Shown piece after piece: positions 42,461 to 51,557 of a stretch of DNA of 64,000 nucleotides. The position numbers were made by a program, and so were the translations under genes. Every line of letters begins with the position of its first letter. The first letter of the stretch is position 1. The stretch is from an uncultured Bacilli bacterium. Lineage in GTDB: Bacteria; Bacillota_I; Bacilli_A; RF39; UBA660. The notes below the pieces were generated by a model. It searched no databases, was not told where the DNA came from, and was given only the letters and a program-made list of their open reading frames with translations. Location: NCBI GenBank assembly GCA_934098515.1, contig CAKOOK010000002.1, positions 18,371 to 82,370 on the forward strand. The letters are read 5' to 3'.

Positions 42461-44914
42461 ATGGATCATAGTAGAGACAGATTAGAAGAAAATAACATAG
42501 TAAATGAAGTAAAAACATCCTTCTTAGAATACTCAATGAGCGTCATAGTATCACGTGCGCTTCCAGACTTAAGAGATGGTTTAAAACCAGTTCATAGAAG
42601 AATTCTTTACTCAATGTACGAATCAGGTTACACTCCAGATAAACCGCATAAAAAGAGTGCAAGAATTGTCGGAGACGTAATGGGAAAATACCATCCACAT
42701 GGAGACTCAAGTATATATGAAGCAATGGTAAGAATGGCCCAAGATTTCAGCTACAGATACATGCTAGTTGATGGACACGGAAACTTTGGTAATATCGAAG
42801 GATATGGCGCAGCAGCAATGCGTTACACCGAATCAAGACTCTCAAAAATATCCCTAGAATTATTAAGAGATATCAAAAAAGATACAGTTAATTTTACACC
42901 GAACTTCGATGAAAGTGAAAAAGAACCAACAGTTTTACCATCAAGATTCCCAAATATCCTAGTAAATGGAACAATGGGTATCGCAGTAGGTATGGCCACA
43001 AATATTCCACCTCATAACTTAGGTGAAGTAATCGACGGCTGTATAGCATATATAGATAACCCAGACATCGACGTTCTAGGTCTAATGAATCATATTAAAG
43101 GCCCAGACTTTCCTACAGGAGGCATAATACTAGGTAATAGTGGAATCAAACAGGCATATGAAACAGGAAAAGGCACTATAACAATTAGAAGTAAAGCCCA
43201 AATTGAAGAAAAAAATGGCAAACATTACATAATTATTGATGAAGTTCCATATGGAGTTAATACCTCAGAACTTAAAAATAAAGTCGCCGAATTAGTTCAT
43301 AATAAGACAATTGAAGGCATTGCAGACTATCATACAGACCTAAAAGAAGGTATTAAAATAACAATAACTCTAAAAAAAGATGCTAATGCCCAAGTTGTTC
43401 TAAATAAACTATTTAAGCATACACAATTTCAAACAAATTACGGAATAAGCTTCTTAATGTTGGATAATGGCGTGCCAAAAACCCTTGGACTAAAAGAAAT
43501 AATTGAAAAATATATTAATTATCAAAAAGAAATAATCGTAAGAAGAACCAAATTTGACTTAGATAAGGCCGAAAAACAAGTACATATCTTAGAAGGCTTA
43601 AAGATTGCATTAGACAACATAGATGCTGTAATAAAGACTATTAAAGAATCAAAAAGCGATGATGTAGCAAAAGAAGCCTTAATGAAACGCTTTGGCTTAA
43701 CATTAATTCAATCAGAAGCAATTTTAGAGATGAAACTACGTAGATTAACAGGCTTAGAAAGAGACAAAATAGAAGCAGATCTTAACGAATTACATAAATT
43801 AATAGCTGAATTAAAATCAATTTTAGAAAGCGAAGCAAAAGTGCTACAAATTATTAAAGATGAGTTAATCGAAATCAAGAATAAATATGGTGATGAAAGA
43901 AAGACATCTATTGATATGACTGCTATAGACTATATTGAGGATGAGTCACTAATTCCTGAAGAAAACATCATAGTTACAGTAACAAAGAACGGTTATATTA
44001 AGAGATGTACGTCTGACACTTATAAAATTCAAAATCGTGGTGGCGTAGGTGTAAAGGGAATGTCAACCAATGACGAAGATTTTGTGGAATACTTACTAAA
44101 TCTATCAACTCATGACTATATACTGATATTTACCAATAAAGGTAAAGTATATAGATTAAAAGGATATGAAATACCTGAATTTAGTAGACAATCAAAAGGA
44201 TTACCAATAATTAACGTATTACCTGTGGAAAAAGATGAGAAAATAAGTAGTATAATAAAATTAAATGTGGAAAACCAAGAAAAATACTTAATTCTAGCTA
44301 CAAAACAAGGCTTAATCAAACGTACAAACCTAGAAGAATTTGAAAATATTAGAACAACCGGAAAAATTTGTATAAAACTAAAAGAAAACGACGAACTAAT
44401 AGGTGTTAAAAAAACAAATGGTGAATCCAATATCCTATTAGCATCTTCTGAAGGTAGAATGAATGTCTTTGATGAAAATGAAATCAGAGTTATGGGAAGA
44501 ACAGCTTCCGGTGTTAAAGGTATCAATCTAGGAAGTGCTGAATGTGTAAGCATAGAAAATGTAAAAGACGATGATAATATAGTAATAGTAACCGAAAATG
44601 GTTATGGTAAAAAAACATTAATTTCTGAATACAGAAAGACAAAACGAGGAAGCAAAGGTGTAAAAGCTCTAAATATTACTGAAAAGAATGGAAATATAGC
44701 AAGTATTAAAAAGGTTATTGATGATTCAGACATCATGATTATTACAAATCAAGGAATAATCATTAGATTACCATTAGAACAAGTATCACAATTAGGTAGA
44801 GTTACCCAAGGTACAAGACTGATTAATCTAAAATCAGGACAAAAAGTATCATCTGTAAGTATTGTTCAGAAAGAGAAAGAACAAGAAGAAGAAATTTTTG
44901 AAAAAAACGAATAG
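42461..44914 (+). CDS. gyrA: DNA gyrase subunit A
   Basis: 817 aa. Catalytic-Tyr region [24 protein letters not shown]-terminal beta-pinwheel repeats. Confidence 0.95.
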   Translation: MDHSRDRLEENNIVNEVKTSFLEYSMSVIVSRALPDLRDGLKPVHRRILYSMYESGYTPDKPHKKSARIVGDVMGKYHPHGDSSIYEAMVRMAQDFSYRYMLVDGHGNFGNIEGYGAAAMRYTESRLSKISLELLRDIKKDTVNFTPNFDESEKEPTVLPSRFPNILVNGTMGIAVGMATNIPPHNLGEVIDGCIAYIDNPDIDVLGLMNHIKGPDFPTGGIILGNSGIKQAYETGKGTITIRSKAQIEEKNGKHYIIIDEVPYGVNTSELKNKVAELVHNKTIEGIADYHTDLKEGIKITITLKKDANAQVVLNKLFKHTQFQTNYGISFLMLDNGVPKTLGLKEIIEKYINYQKEIIVRRTKFDLDKAEKQVHILEGLKIALDNIDAVIKTIKESKSDDVAKEALMKRFGLTLIQSEAILEMKLRRLTGLERDKIEADLNELHKLIAELKSILESEAKVLQIIKDELIEIKNKYGDERKTSIDMTAIDYIEDESLIPEENIIVTVTKNGYIKRCTSDTYKIQNRGGVGVKGMSTNDEDFVEYLLNLSTHDYILIFTNKGKVYRLKGYEIPEFSRQSKGLPIINVLPVEKDEKISSIIKLNVENQEKYLILATKQGLIKRTNLEEFENIRTTGKICIKLKENDELIGVKKTNGESNILLASSEGRMNVFDENEIRVMGRTASGVKGINLGSAECVSIENVKDDDNIVIVTENGYGKKTLISEYRKTKRGSKGVKALNITEKNGNIASIKKVIDDSDIMIITNQGIIIRLPLEQVSQLGRVTQGTRLINLKSGQKVSSVSIVQKEKEQEEEIFEKNE

Positions 44915-44936
44915 TTTAACTATTCGTTTTTTTATG
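44907..44936 (+). terminator. Intrinsic terminator of gyrA
   Basis: ACGAATAGTTtaaCTATTCGT + T7, overlapping the gyrA stop. Confidence 0.6.
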
Positions 44937-45277
44937 TTTCACGTGAAACATAAAAAGTAAAGAGATAGCACTTATGAACAATGTTTCACGTGAAACTTTT
45001 TAATCGAAGCCTTTAAAACTATATATAAAATAGTAAATATAATTAAATATTTTAAAGATATCAACATTCAGATGTTTCACGTGAAACATCTGAATGTTCA
45101 CTTTAAATAGAATTAACAGTCATCAACATAATTATGAAAAACTGAATTTTAGATTAAAAGATATAAACATAGTTTCACGTGAAACCTTTAAAACATTGCG
45201 TAATTAATCCAATAACAACAATAATAAAAAAATCAACAATTAATATTTATCAACAATGTTTCACGTGAAACATTGTT
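44934..45277. repeat. Five dispersed copies of palindrome GTTTCACGTGAAAC (extended to 18, 26 and 36 bp in three copies)
   Basis: Cores at 44936, 44983, 45075, 45172, 45259. 36-bp perfect palindrome at 45063-45098, 26-bp at 45252-45277. Confidence 0.85.
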
Positions 45278-45326
45278 TAATAACAATATAAGTTGCATCA
45301 AAGATATAAGTATGATAACATTTAAT

Positions 45327-45406
45327 TGTGCAATATTTATGCAATAAACTGGTCAGATTCGGAAGAAAGCAGCCACATTTGCCTCTAAATATGTGCACTT
45401 TTTTTA
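45327..45406 (+). ncRNA. ffs: Small SRP RNA (ffs/scr), short 4.5S-like form; boundaries approximate
   Basis: GGTCAGATTCGGAAGAAAGCAGCCA matches the universal domain IV motif. Closing helix GTGCAATATTTA/TAAATATGTGCAC, then T7. Confidence 0.55.
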
Positions 45407-45416
45407 AGGAAAAATT

Positions 45417-45848
45417 ATGGAAGAAAAATATATCGATGAATTAATAAAATTAAGTCAAAAATCATTAAAGAAAAGTGAAGTACCAATAGCAGCTTTAATA
45501 ATAGATGAAAATGGTAAAATTATTTCAAAAACTCATAATTCAAGAAATATTAAACAACAAACGATTAATCACGCTGAAATTCTAGCTATCATTAAAGCAA
45601 ATAAAAAACTTAAAAGTTGGAGATTGAACAAATGTACGCTATATGTAACCGTCGAACCATGCGACATGTGCAAGTCAGTAATAAAAGAGAGTAGAATACA
45701 AAATGTATTTTATTTATTACCAAGATTACCAGAAAAAAATCAATATAACAAAACCATATTTAATAAATTAAAAGACATGAACGAAAAAGAAGATAAATAT
45801 CAAGAAATTATCAATAAATTCTGGAAAAATAAGCGTAAAATGATATAA
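45417..45848 (+). CDS. tadA: tRNA-specific adenosine deaminase TadA-like (CDA fold)
   Basis: HAEILAI and VEPCDMC zinc ligands. Conserved position before dnaX. Confidence 0.7.
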   Translation: MEEKYIDELIKLSQKSLKKSEVPIAALIIDENGKIISKTHNSRNIKQQTINHAEILAIIKANKKLKSWRLNKCTLYVTVEPCDMCKSVIKESRIQNVFYLLPRLPEKNQYNKTIFNKLKDMNEKEDKYQEIINKFWKNKRKMI

Positions 45849-45866
45849 TAAATATAGGAGGTTTAA

Positions 45867-47525
45867 ATGGCATATAAAGTACTTTACAGAAAATATAGAC
45901 CACAAAACTTTAATGATTTATATGGTCAAGATTCAATAAAAGAAATACTTAAAGATTCTATAATAAACAATAAATTAGCACATGCTTACTGCTTTAACGG
46001 CCCAAGAGGAACCGGAAAAACCTCAACAGCAAAACTATTTGCAAAAGCAATTAACTGTGAAAATGCTAAAGATGGAATTGCATGTGGTGAATGCAACTCA
46101 TGTAAAAATTTTAATGAGAACCCAGATATAATTGAAATAGATGCTGCATCAAATAATGGTGTAGAAGAAATAAGAGAACTTCGCGATAACGTAAAAATTC
46201 TTCCTTCAAATTCAAAATATAAAATATATATAATTGATGAAGTACACATGCTATCACAAAGTGCGTGGAACGCCTTTCTAAAAACTTTAGAAGAACCACC
46301 AAAGCATGTCATATTCATTTTAGCAACTACTGAAATTCAAAAGGTTCCAATAACTGTTTTATCTAGATGTCAAAGATTTACCTTTAGAAAAATACCTAAA
46401 AATATAATATGCGAAAGAATCTTATCAATTGCTAAAGAAGAAAATATTGAAATTGACGAATCAGCTGCCGAATATATTGCAGACCTAGCAGACGGTGGAA
46501 TGAGAGATGCTTTAGGATACTTAGACCAATTATCAAAAGAAAATAAAAAAATAACAACCGAGATTATTCAAAACTGTTTTGGTGTCATAGGCGATTCAAC
46601 AATAGAAGAAATATTTTTAACAGCAAAAGAGGAAAATCTAGAAAATTTGCAAAATATATTTAATGACATATCTAATCAGGGACTTGAAGTGAATTTATTA
46701 ATTTCAAAAATATTAAATTATCTATATAATGAAGAGATAAAAATACTTCAAAACAAAGTTTCAGTATTTAATAATCTACAAACGATTAAAGAACTAGCTT
46801 TTGAAATATCGAACTGTTACTTAAAAAAAGATGCTCTTACTTTAATAAAAATAGTTATATTAAGTAAAATAAAAACTCAAAATGGAATAGAAACAATTAA
46901 AAATACAGATAAAATTATTTCCCGGGAAATAATTTCTAAAGAAATAAACAACAAAATGTCTCCTAAAACAAATACTATTATAGAAATTCAAAGTAATAAA
47001 GCACAATCAAAAGAAATTACAAAGCCTTCAAAGACGGTAGTAATAACTTCACGTAGTGATGAAGAAATAAATAGATTAAAAATAATAAGAATAAATAATG
47101 TATTTATAACTGCCAGTAAAATTAATAAAGAGACTTTTAATACAAACTGGGATGATTTAAAAAAAGATATTAAATATAAAAATAGCGATTTATATTCAAA
47201 AATTGAAGATGCAGAAGTAGAAATAGTTTCAGACGATATTGCAGTATTATCACTAAATACAGAAACTGCAGTATATTTATTTAATTCAAATCTTGAAACT
47301 ATTGAAGAAGAATATAATATGAAATTTAATAAAAAATATAAAATAATTTGCCTACTAAAGCAAGAATGTACTAACGCAAAAAAAGAATATATCAAAAATA
47401 AAAGTAAAAAATATATTTATATGGAAGAAAACTTAGCAGAACCAGCATCAAAAGAAAACACTACTGAAGAAAATAACAATAGTGCACTTGAAATATTTGG
47501 CAAAGATTTAATAGAAATAAAATAG
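45867..47525 (+). CDS. dnaX: DNA polymerase III subunits gamma/tau
   Basis: GPRGTGKTS Walker A, zinc module CGECNSC, SRC motif. Confidence 0.9.
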   Translation: MAYKVLYRKYRPQNFNDLYGQDSIKEILKDSIINNKLAHAYCFNGPRGTGKTSTAKLFAKAINCENAKDGIACGECNSCKNFNENPDIIEIDAASNNGVEEIRELRDNVKILPSNSKYKIYIIDEVHMLSQSAWNAFLKTLEEPPKHVIFILATTEIQKVPITVLSRCQRFTFRKIPKNIICERILSIAKEENIEIDESAAEYIADLADGGMRDALGYLDQLSKENKKITTEIIQNCFGVIGDSTIEEIFLTAKEENLENLQNIFNDISNQGLEVNLLISKILNYLYNEEIKILQNKVSVFNNLQTIKELAFEISNCYLKKDALTLIKIVILSKIKTQNGIETIKNTDKIISREIISKEINNKMSPKTNTIIEIQSNKAQSKEITKPSKTVVITSRSDEEINRLKIIRINNVFITASKINKETFNTNWDDLKKDIKYKNSDLYSKIEDAEVEIVSDDIAVLSLNTETAVYLFNSNLETIEEEYNMKFNKKYKIICLLKQECTNAKKEYIKNKSKKYIYMEENLAEPASKENTTEENNNSALEIFGKDLIEIK

Positions 47526-47545
47526 AAAGAAAAAGGTGAAAGATA

Positions 47546-47845
47546 ATGAACATGCAAAATTTAATGGCACAAGCTCAAAAAATTCAAAATGATATTCAAA
47601 AAAAACAAAGTGAAATTAATTCAACTATATACAGCACACAAAACGAATTCTTAAGTGTAGAAATGTATGGTAGTAAGAAAATTCATAAAATAAACATTAA
47701 TAAAGAAATCGTAAAAGACCAAGAAGATTTAGAAACTCTAGAAGATATGATTATGGTAGCTATTAATGAGACAGTAACTAAAATAGATAAAGACAAAGAA
47801 CAAAAGCTTGGGGCATACACTAATGGACTAAACGGGTTACTATAA
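47546..47845 (+). CDS. ybaB: Nucleoid-associated protein YbaB/EbfC
   Basis: 99 aa. Conserved dnaX-ybaB-recR order. Confidence 0.8.
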   Translation: MNMQNLMAQAQKIQNDIQKKQSEINSTIYSTQNEFLSVEMYGSKKIHKININKEIVKDQEDLETLEDMIMVAINETVTKIDKDKEQKLGAYTNGLNGLL

Positions 47846-48444
47846 TGATCTATCCTAAAGTTTTAGAAGAATTAATTGAAAATTTTAAAATACTTCCAGG
47901 AATAGGAGATAAATCTGCTGAAAGAATGGCACTATCAATTCTAAATAAGGAAGAAAGTGAAATACAAGGATTTGCTTCATCATTAATAATTGCTAAAAGC
48001 AAACTTCATCCTTGTCCAGTGTGTGGATTTATAACAGACCAAGAGATATGCAACATATGTGACAATCCTGTAAGAAATAAAAATAGCATTTGTGTAGTAG
48101 AAGATTATAAAAGTGTATTTATGTTTGAGAAAATGGGAAAGTACCATGGCGTATATCATGTGCTTGATGGTTTAATCTCCCCAATCGATGGCATAGGACC
48201 AGACGATATAAATATTGATAACTTAATTAAAAGATGTAACGCCTCAAAAGAAAAAACTGAATTAATTATAGCCCTAAAACCAACCATCGAAGGAGAAACA
48301 ACTTTACAATACATAAATAAGTTATTAAAAAATAAAAATGTTGAAATATCTAGATTATCTTACGGAATACCAGTTGGAACAGAAATAGATTATCTAGATG
48401 CATTGACATTAGAAAGAGCATTTGAAGACAGACGAAATTTATAG
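47845..48444 (+). CDS. recR: Recombination protein RecR
   Basis: HhH N-term, C4 zinc finger CPVCG..CNIC, Toprim. Confidence 0.9.
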   Translation: MIYPKVLEELIENFKILPGIGDKSAERMALSILNKEESEIQGFASSLIIAKSKLHPCPVCGFITDQEICNICDNPVRNKNSICVVEDYKSVFMFEKMGKYHGVYHVLDGLISPIDGIGPDDINIDNLIKRCNASKEKTELIIALKPTIEGETTLQYINKLLKNKNVEISRLSYGIPVGTEIDYLDALTLERAFEDRRNL

Positions 48445-48486
48445 CATAACTACAAAACTTTATACATATATATTATTGGTGAAAAA

Positions 48487-48666
48487 ATGATAACTAGACT
48501 TGTAAAAAAGATAGTATTTTCAATTTTATTAATTTACGGTTTCGATTTAATAATGCAAGGATTTAATATTTTAATTCCTCTTAATTACTTTAATATATTA
48601 GTTATTGTTATGTTAGGTTTTCCAGGGCTTATAGCACTGGCAATAAGTTTCTTCTTCTTCATATAG
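48487..48666 (+). CDS. bofA: BofA-like small membrane protein (pro-sigma-K processing inhibitor family); 59 aa, below track cut-off
   Basis: ..ILIPLNYFNILVIVMLGFPGLIALAI.. resembles BofA ..HVPINLVTTAISGILGIPGIAALVV. Conserved position after recR. Confidence 0.45.
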   Translation: MITRLVKKIVFSILLIYGFDLIMQGFNILIPLNYFNILVIVMLGFPGLIALAISFFFFI

Positions 48667-48674
48667 AGGATAGT

Positions 48675-49391
48675 ATGAAACAAGATTTTATAGAATACTT
48701 AGAATTATGTATACGTGAGAAAAAACTATCTCATGCTTTTTTGGTTGAAACAAATAATCAAGAAGAACTACTAAATAATATATACAACTTTCTTAAAAAT
48801 GAAAATCTTGTAGCAAAACTAAAAATAGAAAATAATACAGATATAGTTGTAATAGAGCCGGAAAATAATATTATTGATAAAGAAAAAATTTTAAATATTC
48901 AAAACAAATTTTTAACAATGTCTTTTAACAATACATTAAAAGTTTATTTCATTAAATCAGCAGAAAAAATGAATTTATCAGCTAGTAACAAATTATTAAA
49001 ATTTCTCGAAGAACCAAACGATAATATAATAGGTATTCTTTTTACATCAGATATTAACATGATTTTGCCAACAATAAGAAGTAGATGTGAAATATTTAAT
49101 ACTCAAAAAGCAAATATCAACGACCCTGAAATACAAGAAATAACTGATAACTTAAAAAAACAAGTAAACAATTACAGATATGATATAATGTTATACATGA
49201 GGACTTATAAAACTTTAGAAAAAGAAAAACTATCTAAAGCATTAGAATCATTAATAAATCAAATTGACGAAATTCAATTAGACGACAAATATAATAGAAT
49301 GCTAGAAATAAATAAAGCAATATTATGGTTAAATAGTTCTGTTAATATTGAATTAGTCTTAGCAAAAATTGCTAAAGCACTAGGGAGGTAA
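48675..49391 (+). CDS. holB: DNA polymerase III delta' subunit
   Basis: 238 aa, AAA+-like lacking intact Walker A. SRC motif (RSRCE). Conserved position. Confidence 0.7.
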   Translation: MKQDFIEYLELCIREKKLSHAFLVETNNQEELLNNIYNFLKNENLVAKLKIENNTDIVVIEPENNIIDKEKILNIQNKFLTMSFNNTLKVYFIKSAEKMNLSASNKLLKFLEEPNDNIIGILFTSDINMILPTIRSRCEIFNTQKANINDPEIQEITDNLKKQVNNYRYDIMLYMRTYKTLEKEKLSKALESLINQIDEIQLDDKYNRMLEINKAILWLNSSVNIELVLAKIAKALGR

Positions 49392-49393
49392 AT

Positions 49394-50161
49394 ATGAAAG
49401 TATGTGGAGTAATATTTAAAGAAAACAGTAAAGTATATAATTTTGATCCAAAAGATTTACCAATCGAAAAAGGAAAATATGTTATAGTAATTACTGAAAG
49501 AGGAGAGCAAATTGGTAAAATCGCAACAATAGACGATAAAGATGTCAAAAACACATTAAAAGAAGTTGTAAGAATGGCTACAGATAAAGATTATAATCAA
49601 TACTTAATTAACTTAAGAGACGCTCAAGAAGCTTTAAAAGACGCTAAGGCCGAAGCAACACATTTAAATTTAAAAATGCAATTAGTGGACTCAGAATTTA
49701 CATTTGATAGAAAGCAACTTTTTATAAACTTTGTTGCAGACGAAAGAGTAGATTTTAGAGAACTAGTTAAGTTTCTTGCTGGAAAATATAAAACTAGAAT
49801 TGAACTACATCAAATGGGAGCAAGGGATAAAGCTAAAAAAATTGGTGGAATAGGAATCTGTGGAAGAAAATTATGCTGTGCTAAATACCTAAATAAAATG
49901 GATACTATTTCTATAAACATGGCAAAAAATCAAAATATAGCATTAACACCATCAAAAATAAATGGATGCTGTGGAAGATTACTATGTTGTTTAGCATATG
50001 AAGATGAAACTTACAAAGAAAACAAGGAAAAATTGCCTAAAATAGGTAGTAAGATTAAAATAGATGATAAAATCGGTACAGTTTTATCCATAAATGTTCT
50101 AAGCAAAAAATATAAAGTTTCTTTTGACGACGAAGTAAAGGAATACAAAATTGATGAATAA
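49394..50161 (+). CDS. ricT: PSP1-domain protein YaaT/RicT
   Basis: 255 aa. Cys-rich cluster GICGRKLCC..CCGRLLCC. Follows holB as in Bacillus. Confidence 0.7.
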   Translation: MKVCGVIFKENSKVYNFDPKDLPIEKGKYVIVITERGEQIGKIATIDDKDVKNTLKEVVRMATDKDYNQYLINLRDAQEALKDAKAEATHLNLKMQLVDSEFTFDRKQLFINFVADERVDFRELVKFLAGKYKTRIELHQMGARDKAKKIGGIGICGRKLCCAKYLNKMDTISINMAKNQNIALTPSKINGCCGRLLCCLAYEDETYKENKEKLPKIGSKIKIDDKIGTVLSINVLSKKYKVSFDDEVKEYKIDE

Positions 50162-50837
50162 AAATACAACAGTTCTAAACGATTTATATGATACAGGATT
50201 TAAAATTTATCAAAATGATGAATATTTTAAATTTTCTTTAGATTCATTGCTTCTAGCAAAATTTGTAAATCCAGATTATAAAGATAAAAAAATCCTAGAC
50301 CTTTGCACTGGTAATGCTCCAATTCCTATAATTTTATCATCAAATAAGAATTTTGAAATAACTGGAATTGAAATACAAAAAGAAATTTATCATTTAGCAG
50401 TTGAATCTATAAAAATTAATAATATAAAAAATGTGAATATTATAAACGATGACCTAAAAAAGCTTAAAAATTATTTCCCGGGAAATAATTTTGATATAAT
50501 TACCTGCAATCCACCATACTTTAAAGTGGAAAAAGAGTCATTATTAAACAAAAATGAAATTAAATCAATAGCAAGACATGAAATACATATAACGTTAGAA
50601 GAAATTATAAAAATCTCACATAGTATGCTAAAAGACAAAGGTAAACTATATATAATTCATAGAACAGATAGAATGATTGAATTAATAAACCTTCTAACAA
50701 AATATAAATTTGGTATTAAAAGAATGCAAATTATATATCCAAACGAACATAGTAATGGTTCTATGATAATTTTTGAAGCTAAAAAAGATTGCAAACATGA
50801 TGTCAAAATATTGTCACCTATATTTACAAACATATAG
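50151..50837 (+). CDS. SAM-dependent methyltransferase, YabB/TrmN6-like
   Basis: LDLCTGN and CNPPYF motifs. Confidence 0.65.
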   Translation: MMNKNTTVLNDLYDTGFKIYQNDEYFKFSLDSLLLAKFVNPDYKDKKILDLCTGNAPIPIILSSNKNFEITGIEIQKEIYHLAVESIKINNIKNVNIINDDLKKLKNYFPGNNFDIITCNPPYFKVEKESLLNKNEIKSIARHEIHITLEEIIKISHSMLKDKGKLYIIHRTDRMIELINLLTKYKFGIKRMQIIYPNEHSNGSMIIFEAKKDCKHDVKILSPIFTNI

Positions 50838-50849
50838 TAGGAGGAAGTT

Positions 50850-51395
50850 ATGAAATTAATAGTTGGATTAGGAAATCCAGGAAAAGAATATACTAATACA
50901 CGTCATAATATTGGATTTATGGCTCTTGATAATTATCTAAAAAATCCTGATTGGAAAGAAAATAGTTATGCATATTATGTTAATTATAAAACAGATAAAG
51001 ATAATATTCTATTCATTAAACCTAAAACATACATGAACCTATCTGGAAATGCCGTAAATTATTTTGTTAACTATTACAAAATAAACAAAAATGATATTCT
51101 TGTTATTCAAGATGACCTAGATTTAGAACTTGGTAAAATTAAATTAAAATTTAATAGTTCATCAGGCGGTCATAATGGAATCAAATCTATAATTGAAAAT
51201 TTACATACTCAGGAATTCTTAAGATTGAAAGTAGGTATATCAAAACCAGAAAACAACATAATAAACTATGTACTAGACAAGTTCTCTAAATCAGAATTAG
51301 ATAAACTAAACAACAGTCAAGAAATTATTAATAATATTTTAAATGACTTTATTGATGGAACTACCAATGATAAGTTAATGAATAAATACAATTAA
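50850..51395 (+). CDS. pth: Peptidyl-tRNA hydrolase
   Basis: LIVGLGNPG..TRHNIGF signature. Confidence 0.85.
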   Translation: MKLIVGLGNPGKEYTNTRHNIGFMALDNYLKNPDWKENSYAYYVNYKTDKDNILFIKPKTYMNLSGNAVNYFVNYYKINKNDILVIQDDLDLELGKIKLKFNSSSGGHNGIKSIIENLHTQEFLRLKVGISKPENNIINYVLDKFSKSELDKLNNSQEIINNILNDFIDGTTNDKLMNKYN

Positions 51396-51557
51396 GAGTC
51401 TAACACATAATGTGACTGTAAAACCATAATTATAAATACACAATGTGGAATTATTATACGACTAATTGTATAATAACTCAAAAATATAAATAGAAAGGGA
51501 TTAATAAATAATAGAAATTAACTAATATTTCTATAAGATTGATTATACGAGTAAATT

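Noticed and set aside
44934-45277. Possible CRISPR array (repeated palindromes)
   Set aside because: Spacing is irregular (47-97 bp), the repeat units are only 14-36 bp with shared flanks in some copies, and there are no cas genes; a parS/operator interpretation fits better.
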